From Styela clava (taxonomy: Eukaryota): a stretch of DNA of 64,000 bases. A program made the position numbers and the translations under genes. Shown piece after piece: positions 35,744 through 45,227 of this stretch. The stretch is from the NCBI RefSeq assembly GCF_964204865.1, contig NC_135261.1, positions 8,122,001 to 8,186,000 on the forward strand, in the 5' to 3' direction. Under the pieces are notes generated by a model. It did no database searches. It was not told the DNA's origin and worked only from the letters and a program-made list of their open reading frames with translations. Position 1 is the stretch's first letter; each line of letters starts with the position of its first letter.

Positions 35744-36133
35744 AAACAAGAGCTGGATATTTCAATGAAATAGAAAATGTCAGATTTACCTGTATCCAGC
35801 TCTGTGTAAATATCTCATCCCAACCCCACCGCAATTTAAAAAAAATGACTAACTCAAATTGTACAAGGACAAGAAAATGGCAAAATCATCGCTGTTGAAA
35901 GTGGGATTGATAATTACTCCTCATTCTTATTCCTATCTACAAACTAATAACTATACGGCGTCTTAAACACCTATTTGGAAACCCAGCGACAAGCAATTTT
36001 TATATCTAATTTGACGAAGTTTATTTAGCGCCGGCCTGGTCTGTTGAAATGGTCGAATCGGTCTCTATATATTCTAACCTGCTTAGAATTAGCTTTCAGT
36101 AACCAAACCTGGTTTTATTTTGCACGGGCGGTA

Positions 36134-36494
36134 TCCCCCTGCACCAACTCAAATATTGAAGTCTTGAGTCTGTTCAAGAGTGCTGTACTACTCTCTTGAT
36201 GAAGTTTAAAGCTGGCCAGAGAAGAAAGGCAACATCTACGAGGCATTGATTATTCGCTGTATAATTAAGGTTTTAAATCTAACCTAAACTAGCAGAATAG
36301 TCTAACTTGATTCTCCCCCTGCACCAACTCAAATATTGAAGTCTTGAGTCTGTTCAAGAGTGCTGTACTACTCTCTTGATGAAGTTTAAAGCTGGCCAGA
36401 GAAGAAAGGCAACATCTACGAGGCATTGATTATTCGCTGTATAATTAAGGTTTTAAATCTAACCTAAACTAGCAGAATAGTCTAACTTGATTCT
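36134..36494 (+). repeat. Perfect 2 x 180-bp tandem duplication in the LINE 5' UTR
   Basis: 36134-36313 is identical to 36314-36493. Confidence 0.95.
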
Positions 36495-36548
36495 TCGCTG
36501 CCTATTTTAACATCAATTCCAGCGTATATCTCAAACATCCACAACAAC

Positions 36549-37496
36549 ATGGCTTCGATCAATAATACCACCAAACCAAAGCCTAAGCAACGCCTGAGTA
36601 GAAGTCTTCCCGATCCAGGCCTTTCACCAATTGGATCTGTATTGCAACAACAGAAGGAACACTCTAACTTCCAGATAAACCTACAGGAGGCAATACAAAC
36701 AAACATCATGAACCAGTTACCATCCCTAATTGCCAAATGCTTAACAGAAAACTTCAGCTCTGCAAACTTTTCATCAGAATACCTACCAATGAGTCCAGGT
36801 CTAAAAGAATGCATGGAGGAACAGATGATATCTCTGAAAGAAATTAAACAAGACCTTGCTTCTATCAGAGAATCACAAAGCTTCCAATCTGAGAAATATG
36901 ACGAAGTTATTGCAAAGCAAAAAGTTACAGATGAGAAACTTACTCTTTATAGCAAAAAAATACGAGATCTCGAAGAGTTAGTTTACGATCTTGAAGATGA
37001 GTTATTTTATGTCACAGAAAAAATAGAAGAACATGAACGTCGATCTAGGATGGATAACCTAGAATTTCATGGCATTCCATCAACCGAAAATGAAGATACT
37101 GATGAACTAGTAACACAAATCGGAAAAATTATCCATGTAGACATAAAGCCTTCAGACATCTCCGTAACACACCGCTGTCCAACAAGGAATACCAACATCC
37201 ATAAACCAATTGTAGCGAAATTCACAAACCGCAAAATCCGAGCCAAGATACTCAAAAATCGAAACTTGATCAAAACCTCTAACAATACAACATCTATAAG
37301 AGACTTGTCAAAGGTGTTCGTGGTTGAAAACCTAACCGAAAGAAATAAAAACTTATTTTACCAAGCGAAGGTCCTCAAGAAGCGATGTGGTTACGCCTTT
37401 CTGTGGACATCAAATGGCAAGATATTGATTAAAAAGAACAAAGACACGAACACTCTGTCCATAACTGATGAAGACGATCTGGATAAAATAAGATAA
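36549..37496 (+). CDS. LINE ORF1 protein (coiled coil + RRM/Transposase_22-like + FP25K-like C-terminal domain), 315 aa
   Basis: Heptad-rich segment followed by ERRSRMDNLEFHGIP, DISVTHR, PIVAKF, VFVVENLT and GYAFLWTSNGKILIKK. Confidence 0.88.
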   Translation: MASINNTTKPKPKQRLSRSLPDPGLSPIGSVLQQQKEHSNFQINLQEAIQTNIMNQLPSLIAKCLTENFSSANFSSEYLPMSPGLKECMEEQMISLKEIKQDLASIRESQSFQSEKYDEVIAKQKVTDEKLTLYSKKIRDLEELVYDLEDELFYVTEKIEEHERRSRMDNLEFHGIPSTENEDTDELVTQIGKIIHVDIKPSDISVTHRCPTRNTNIHKPIVAKFTNRKIRAKILKNRNLIKTSNNTTSIRDLSKVFVVENLTERNKNLFYQAKVLKKRCGYAFLWTSNGKILIKKNKDTNTLSITDEDDLDKIR

Positions 37497-37652
37497 GTCC
37501 AATGATTTTTCCACTGCTATACTTAAGTAAATTATTAATTCCCCTTATGACCTATTTAAGAACCTTCAGTATCTTTTGGAAAATTTCAAGCTATGACATT
37601 CCCCCCATCGCACTAGCCTATTTGATCACAATCTATTACATGTTCTTTAAAA

Positions 37653-40600
37653 TTGTATCCATTATCATCACCTATCTATGACCTAAACAGTGATCCCAAC
37701 CCAAACTGGGAATCTATCAACTTTCACCCTGAAATTTCTTCTACCCCAAGTCAATATCTTGAAATATCTGATATCAACAGGGTAACGTCAAGTTTTCTAC
37801 CTTCAGAGTTCATCATTTTGCACCTTAATATTAGATCATTACCTAAATATTCTGATAATTTAGTTGAATTGATTTCCAATTTTTGTACTCCACCTCAAAT
37901 CATCGCCTTAAGCGAGACCAGGATCATAAGTGACAGTGTTGCGAATGTTAATATCCCTGGGTACACCTTCATACATGCTCCATCCCCAACTCGAGCAGGC
38001 GGTGTTGGTTTTTATATTGATAGCAATTTAAATTATCATGCATGCTCTAAACTCGGCTTAGAATTTCCTAACTGCGAAGACATTTGGATTGAATTAAAGA
38101 ACTTCCAACCAACCTCAAAAATTCAAAATCTTGTTGTTGGTGTAATATATAGGCATCCCAAAAATAATATTCCAGCGTTCACCACAGCAATGTCCTGTCT
38201 ATTCGAGAAGCTGACAATGGCTAAAAAGCAATTTATAATATTAGGTGATTTCAATTTAAATCTTCTTGATTCTCATAACAATCTCACTACCAAGTATTTA
38301 GACATGCTCATGACTAATTTTATATGCCCGCTCATTACCAAACCAACCAGAGTTACCTCGACCTCTCACACCCTTATAGACCATATTTACACCAATACCG
38401 TAAATTTCTGCAATTCATCATTTATTTTGCTCAGTGATCTCACTGACCACTTTCCCGTAATGTGCACAATATCAGCAACTACTGGCAATATAAAGACAAA
38501 CACTCGCATGAAACGTGACATGACTAAATTTTGTGTTGACCTGTTCAGATTGGAGGTTGAGTCGATCTGTAACAATTATACTAGTATTAGCATACATGAG
38601 GAAAACTTCAATAGCTCATTCGATCTTTTTCTTAGTCACTTCAAATGGTTGATTAATAAACATGCTCCATTAAGACCATTTTCGCGTAGAGAAAATAAAC
38701 TTTACTCTAAACCGTGGATTACTAAAGGAATTCGTAAGTCCATCAAACATAAAAACAATATGTTTAGAAAAAAATTCTTAAAGGGAAACTCATCCCAGCG
38801 TCTCCACTTCAAAAAATACAAGAACATTTTGACGCACTTGCAGAGAAAATCAAAACAAATGTATTACCATAATATCCTTGAAAACAACAGAGGGGATGTG
38901 AAGCACACTTGGAAAACTATCAATGACATTATTAAAGTTAGGTCCAAAAATGAATCCATCGTCTCTGAATTGGAGCTTGAAAATGGTGCCACAGTTTCCG
39001 ACCCCGCCAGAATATCCGCCGAATTCAATAAATTCTTTTCATCTGTAGGAAAGAAACTTGCTGACAATATTCCACATAGCAAGAAATCTTTCAAAGCTTT
39101 CTTGAGTGCTCCCTCACAGCACTCTTTTTTTCTGGAGCAAACGACACCTTCCGAGGTTCACCAAATAATATTGAACCTGAAAAAGGGCAAAGCAGTTGGA
39201 CATGATGGTATTTCCCCGTTTTTCTTAAAAATAGTTGCAGATATTATTTCTCCAGAACTGAGTCACTTTTTTAATTTATCATTCAATTATGGTATTTTCC
39301 CCTCCTCATTAAAGATTGCCAGGGTTATACCAATCTTCAAAAGCGGCAACAAAAATAATCCCTCTAATTATCGGCCAATTTCCATTCTATCTTCAATTGG
39401 TCTTATTCTGGAAAAGTTAATATACAAGAGAATGCTAATTTTTTGTACCAAATTCAACTTGATCAATAAATGCCAATTCGGATTCCAACCCGACCACTCT
39501 ACTAGCCATGCCATCCTAGACTTAACATCATATATTTATGACAAAATAGATAAATGTGAGTTTGTCTGCTGTGCTTTCCTTGATCTAAAGAAAGCCTTTG
39601 ACACGGTGGACCACAAAATTCTTATTCAAAAGTTGCAACATTATGGTTTCAGAGGTAATGTAAGCAAACTACTAGCTAATTACCTGAGTGGTCGTTTTCA
39701 ATTTGTTGAATTAGGTTCTCATAAGTCCCCAATGTTGCCCATTCAGTGCGGAATTGTCCAGGGTTCAATTATCGGGCCTTTGGCTTTTTTACTCTCTGTA
39801 AATGACTTGTCGAACTGCTCTAATCTTCTAACCAAGCTCTTCGCCGATGATGCCTGCCTGCTTGCTAGTGGAAAAGACTTGACCACACTCCAACACACTG
39901 TAAACTCAGAAATAAATAAAATATATGAGTGGATGTTATGCAACAAACTTACTGTAAATGTCGAAAAATCTAAAGTCATGGTTTTCAGCCGAAAATCGCT
40001 AACAACACATGCCAACATTCTAATCAAAATCAGGGGGGTTGCCTTGGAAGTCGTCCAATCCTATATATATCTCGGGCTCCATATAGATAATAATTTAAAA
40101 TGGAACACCCATACTATCGAATTACATAAGAAATTGTCGAGATCGGTTGGGATATTGGGAAAACTCAGACATTATGTCCAGGATGCCACCCTGCGAACTG
40201 TCTACTTTGCTCTCTTTCAATCCCACATACAATATGCCATAACCGCTTGGGGCTCAGCAGCGCAAACTAACATTCATAAATTGGAGATCTTACAGAATAA
40301 AGCTGTTAGAACCCTCTCTAGAGCATCTATTCGTACAAACCTAAACACCCTATACCATAAAACAAGGGTGTTAAAACTATCTGACATTCACACTCTAGAG
40401 ATCTCCAAAGTTATGCACCAATTTCAAAACAACCACTTGCCCACAGCTTTCGACAATTATTTTGTTTCGCTTACCTCTGTGCATGAACACAACACTCGCT
40501 CTTCAACCAAGTCCAATTTTTTCGTACCTCGCTTTTCACTGAGCAAATCTCAAAATTCCCTGAAATACAAAGGTGTCATAATATGGAATAGTATTCCACA

Positions 40601-40694
40601 AAGTTTACGTGAAAGCACATATGTCTCTTTTAAAATAAAATATAAGAAGGTCATGCTTTCATCTTACCTGTCTCGGGTCACCACATCTGTTTGA
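37653..40694 (+). CDS. LINE ORF2: AP endonuclease + reverse transcriptase, about 1013 aa
   Basis: APE motifs HLNIRS, IALSET, GGVGFY, IYRHP, ILGDFN, PTR, LIDHIY, SDLTDH. RT motifs KPWIT, YRPISIL, QFGF, FLDLKKAFDTVDH, GIVQGSIIGP, LFADD, YLG. Confidence 0.95.
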   Translation: MYPLSSPIYDLNSDPNPNWESINFHPEISSTPSQYLEISDINRVTSSFLPSEFIILHLNIRSLPKYSDNLVELISNFCTPPQIIALSETRIISDSVANVNIPGYTFIHAPSPTRAGGVGFYIDSNLNYHACSKLGLEFPNCEDIWIELKNFQPTSKIQNLVVGVIYRHPKNNIPAFTTAMSCLFEKLTMAKKQFIILGDFNLNLLDSHNNLTTKYLDMLMTNFICPLITKPTRVTSTSHTLIDHIYTNTVNFCNSSFILLSDLTDHFPVMCTISATTGNIKTNTRMKRDMTKFCVDLFRLEVESICNNYTSISIHEENFNSSFDLFLSHFKWLINKHAPLRPFSRRENKLYSKPWITKGIRKSIKHKNNMFRKKFLKGNSSQRLHFKKYKNILTHLQRKSKQMYYHNILENNRGDVKHTWKTINDIIKVRSKNESIVSELELENGATVSDPARISAEFNKFFSSVGKKLADNIPHSKKSFKAFLSAPSQHSFFLEQTTPSEVHQIILNLKKGKAVGHDGISPFFLKIVADIISPELSHFFNLSFNYGIFPSSLKIARVIPIFKSGNKNNPSNYRPISILSSIGLILEKLIYKRMLIFCTKFNLINKCQFGFQPDHSTSHAILDLTSYIYDKIDKCEFVCCAFLDLKKAFDTVDHKILIQKLQHYGFRGNVSKLLANYLSGRFQFVELGSHKSPMLPIQCGIVQGSIIGPLAFLLSVNDLSNCSNLLTKLFADDACLLASGKDLTTLQHTVNSEINKIYEWMLCNKLTVNVEKSKVMVFSRKSLTTHANILIKIRGVALEVVQSYIYLGLHIDNNLKWNTHTIELHKKLSRSVGILGKLRHYVQDATLRTVYFALFQSHIQYAITAWGSAAQTNIHKLEILQNKAVRTLSRASIRTNLNTLYHKTRVLKLSDIHTLEISKVMHQFQNNHLPTAFDNYFVSLTSVHEHNTRSSTKSNFFVPRFSLSKSQNSLKYKGVIIWNSIPQSLRESTYVSFKIKYKKVMLSSYLSRVTTSV

Positions 40695-43445
40695 TGTGCT
40701 GACACCCTCCACCCCTTGTCATTGTCAGCTCAACACTTGACTTCCCCAAAATCCACAGTAACTGAAATAGATAGAGACTCTGTAAATATTGAACTTGTTA
40801 TTTCCCCCACCGTGTCAGTGCACAGCCATGTGCCACTCATACAATAACCAAACTATTTATCTTGCCAACATCAGGCTCAGACGGGTTATCTTGGATCCAA
40901 ACCATACCGGTAGTCTATACCGGTGGGTCACTTCACCCATGATCCATAATTTTGGTCTCAGATTGTGTACAAATACTTAGCTATCCTTTATGTCTTTGTC
41001 AAGTGCCAGTATACTCACCAATTTCATAATTTTAATGATATTGCAACTTACTAAATTTATGTCTTTTCCATATACTGTTTGCTTGGGTATCGATACCGTA
41101 AAGTGTTTACTGCATTCATGTTTTCAATGATGGACTAAAATTTTCTAATATACTAGTTTCTTTATGTACATATTTTGTCTAACTAGCAATACTATTTACT
41201 TCCACATTTATTTATTTTGTCGATTATTTTCAATCGCCAATTAAATTTTATTATTTTTTACCTTTAACCGTCAGGTTGGGTCCTTAGGCTCTTCCCTCTT
41301 CACACGACGTCTCCGGCACCAAAGCACCTTACCACTATACTTCCACTTGTTTACACACTCTCGTATCCCTAACTGCGACAAACAAAACTATTTTATAATA
41401 ATATAAATATGCCAAGTTATCGGCTTCCCCTCGCGGGATAAATATGAATTCAAGCTCAACTCAGGCAGTGTCTGTATTCCGCAGTATAAGATTTCGCTGA
41501 CGTTGCCATGGTTACTAACAAGACGGTGCTCGGAGTCGTTATCCGTTTCTCCTTGGATCGGGTGTCTTTTGGGTATGCAGGTCGCCTCGACTTACTTTAA
41601 CGTAAACCTGTTCTAATATTTATTGTTTGTTTGATTTATATATTACTGTTATTTATCTATTACTGTTAGACTTGTCATGGGTGTCGCTGCTCGATCACCA
41701 GTCTTGGTGTCTCGCGCCTCCCTTCGCCCTAAAGTACCATATTTCCTATTTCTTGTATTGTGTATTCACATTGTGTGCTTTAGAATGGTGAAAAAATAAA
41801 TTACTGATTACTGATTACATAGAAGACGACTTTGCTTTGGCGAGCAGTTGGTCTAATCGTTTTCAGTTTCAAATTCCAATGTTTCACCACCATCATGTTT
41901 CTACATGGTTTCGGAGTCTAAATAAAAAATGTGCACTGCAATTTGTGTGCTATAATGCTAACGTACTCATCAACTACCATTCGCCCTAGTCTAATCTACC
42001 TTACCAGCAGCTTGGCGCTGGTAAGGAAGGCTTTGCAACATTGACTCGGGCTTCAACAAGCAGAACCCCCAGTCACTATTAAACATACCAAGACTTACGT
42101 CTCTGAGTGAAATAGTGGCCAATGGTTTTCAAATAAATCCGAATATCGAAATAATCAGATCAAATGATTCAAAAACTTTCTCAGACCATTTTTTTGATAT
42201 ATTTAAAATGTATTGCCATTTATTGCATTAGAAAAGCTCCTTCCGATGTCTTTCGTCTGCTTTGTCCTTCAATTTGTAGGCATTCATTCTGTACCATGGC
42301 CTAACATGCAAAGGGAAAAACTAAAGCTTCATCCAAATATGAGTGACCACAAGAAGCTATGCTTCAGAAGAGAACGCAAGCTCACGTATCATGTGAATAA
42401 GTGTTCCATATGGGCTACCGATTATATTTAGGAGGCGTTGAAGCTTAATTCTCTAAGAGAGAACCAAATCAGTATAAATTTACGGTCAAATTTAAGGAGC
42501 AAATTTTGCAAGATTCCAGAGATACTGCTAAATAAAAGTCACATTACTAATTAAGCATAGATAGGCTTAGGCATTGAATCGAGAAAACATGATTAATTCA
42601 CCTATTAGCCTACGCCACTTTCAGTTATTGTCCATATTTGGTCCTGGACAGCCACAAAAAGTAGTCCACGAGTTATTATTGCGTGGAACGAAACAACAGA
42701 ATTGTAAACAACATGATGCGCAACTCCGGCATTTTTGTCCGAAGATCGTATTCGATAGCACGCTCCAATGCACATACTTGACGAGACGAAAAGAAGCGGA
42801 TGTGTGCTGCTTTCAAGGCGTAGCACGAATGGTGTTCGTGCCTGCTTTGACAGTTGTTGTCGATTTTAATGATATTTTTGAAAGTTGGGGTAAAAAGAAA
42901 TCAGTAAAAGGTAAGGTGAATACCATTGTTGTATATCACACCCGGGCATCGCACTGTTAAGTACATGTGGGAAAGCCAGCCTTTGTCAAATACTACGAAG
43001 TTATTAATTCAGTACGGTACGTAGTTGCCCATTTGCCGAAATTACATATTTACTTACCCGTTATGGTTTCAAATAGTTCATGCACCTCCAGTTAGATTTT
43101 TTTAATCAGTGAGGATATATACTCATTATTGATTGCTGCTCATTGTAACATACTATTACGCATTCACTTTTATTTGCGTATTGAATCAAAGTGTTAACAA
43201 GTTCACCTAACATTTCACTCACACCGGTCTATATTGTATAGTCTGATTTCTCAAGTATTTGGAGCCACGAATGCTTGTAATTTTCTGATTAAACCCTTTT
43301 ATTAGTTGGTTTATATACCAAATTCAGTAAAATATTTTTTAAATAAAACATGAGATATTGGATTTATTAGCTTTTCCATTCTGAATCATATAGACTGCTT
43401 TATTTATTCTTAACGAAAATTAATAAATCTCCTCTCTTTCTTCAG

Positions 43446-43750
43446 ATGTGAAAGTTGTGGACAAACCTGTCTAAGCATTGTGAGACTCTTGCAGCACAAG
43501 AGGCAATAGCAGAAATAGTAAGTATATCAATCAAGAAATTAAGCCGACATAAAGCAAAACTTTCAACTATTCGTCTAATCTCAATTTCCTATTATTTTAT
43601 TCAAGGGACAACTATAGCAGACGGGGAGATATCAGAAGTCTGGCGACATATCAGTGACAGTGTGATTCCAAGAAATATAATGCAATTGAAAATAGAAATT
43701 TGCAATAGAAAAACAACCTATGGAGGCATGCAAAGACATTTGACCCTCCG
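43446..43750 (+). pseudogene. Degenerate zinc-finger exons (C2H2-like and BED-like)
   Basis: Exon-like 43446-43517 (polypyrimidine-CAG ... GTAAGT) reads CESCGQTCLSIVRLLQHKRQ* = C-x2-C-x12-H-x3-stop. 43632-43745 reads SEVWRH...ICNRKTTYGGMQRHL, which is BED-finger-like. Confidence 0.35.
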
Positions 43751-44043
43751 GTAGAGTTGTGTATGGCCCCCACATCCTGCAGGGCTTGAGGAAAATAACT
43801 AAAAATTCCAAAGCGTAAGATTGCTTAAGCGGTCTTATTTGTAAAAAGGCACAAAACACGCCAGACATACTTAAAACAGCTTTGGAAATGAGGATTACGG
43901 GTACCTCACTGCACCTGTGTTATATTTGGTTCATCAACTATACTATAGAAGAAATAGTACTATAGAAGAAATTCCGGAAGGGGTATAATCATCATTCATG
44001 ATAAAATACTATCATATATTTTTTGAACAACTTCAATCTAGAC

Positions 44044-45227
44044 CAGGGATCTCAAACTCGCGGCCCCAGAGAACTTCCAGTGCGGCCCTCGATTAACAAT
44101 AATTGTAATAGTATTTTGGAAGTTTTTTTTTTTATCTAAATGTAATAGATTTTTCAAACCTTCTAAAGTGAAATTGATTATTTACACAGAAAACTATTCA
44201 CTGAAAGTAGTTTTGGAATATCGATTTTTTTTGTCCACATTTTGACCCAATTAAGAATACACATCAAGCTAGCAAAAGAATACTTGAATAAAACACTTGA
44301 GTAATTAAATTAAACGCAAAGTACATGAAGAAGGTGGCATTTTCGAAGAAAATGGGAGTTGTAACATTTCTGCTCTTCACAAAATTCTGAAGCACATTGT
44401 TTAATTTGTCATATTTCCATCAATACAATCAAAAAACACAATAAGCTCAGCAGTCAATATGACAAATTCGAAGACCAACTTCGAACAGAAAATTTCCATG
44501 TGTTTGTATATTAATATAATTATACAACGACTTAGTTACTAAAAATCAATATCAATAATAATTCAAGCAATCCTATGCCACGCAATGTAGTGCGAAATGT
44601 CTTGTCGAAAAAATCTGTCATTTGTTTTTTTACTGATCTATACTTGAAATGATAAAAGTAACTTTTTTGCATTACTGGAATTAATTAAACATTCGTAAAG
44701 ATCCAGATAAACCCATGATCATGTGGCCTCGTTAGTTAGAGTTGGTACTATAAAATCATTTCAGACTGGCCTTAGTATGCTGGTGACACAAAAAAGATGC
44801 CAAACGCCAGGACAAATGTAATTATTAAAACATTGAGTTTATACTGTAGTATTTTTGTTAATTTTAGGTTCATATATTTAGATTAAGTTATTTTTAGTGT
44901 ATGTATTATTCTTTCCTTATTCAAAGCTTGTTCAAAAATGATTTTGATGGTTGTACATAGAATTTTACGATTTTTTATAATAAATACTGTAACTTGCAAA
45001 TGTTGCAATAATAGTGGAATGCAAATATTAATATGTAATTGCATTTGAAATTGAAGAAAATAATAAAACTTAATCCAACTGTTTAGTTGCATCACAATAT
45101 ATGTCACAAATTAAAACTATCTTAAAAATATCTTTTAAGTATACATTATCAAAAACTGTTTGCGGCTCTTTTTACAATTTTCAAAATGCAATGCGGCTCT
45201 CGAAAACCCATGAGTTTGACACCACTG
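44044..45227 (+). mobile_element. Internally deleted hAT (Buster/Charlie/SPIN-type) transposon with transposase N-terminal remnant
   Basis: TIRs CAGGGATCTCAAACTC / GAGTTTGACACCACTG. 44312-44495 decodes, with frameshifts and a stop, as KRKVHEEGGIFEE/WEL*HF...AHCLICHISINTIKKHN.../SQYDKFEDQLRTE, the GTF2IRD2/SPIN-type zinc-finger N-terminus. Confidence 0.75.

Larger units (their letters stand above)
36030..41818 (+). mobile_element. Near full-length non-LTR retrotransposon (LINE, CR1/L2/Crack group); 5' boundary approximate
   Basis: Two uninterrupted ORFs, about 1.1-kb 3' UTR, CACCA-GTCT-TGGTG hairpin near 41696-41709, then AATAAA and a (TTACTGA)n tail ending at 41818; no clear TSD. Confidence 0.9.

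Noticed and set aside
36482-40027. Minus-strand ORFs within the LINE (36482-36814, 37067-37285, 38864-39094, 39743-40027)
   Set aside because: Antisense shadows of ORF1/ORF2 with no independent signal.
41999-42026. 10-bp perfect hairpin CCTTACCAGC/GCTGGTAAGG, like a Helitron 3' end or terminator
   Set aside because: No CTRR terminus or T-tract follows; isolated.
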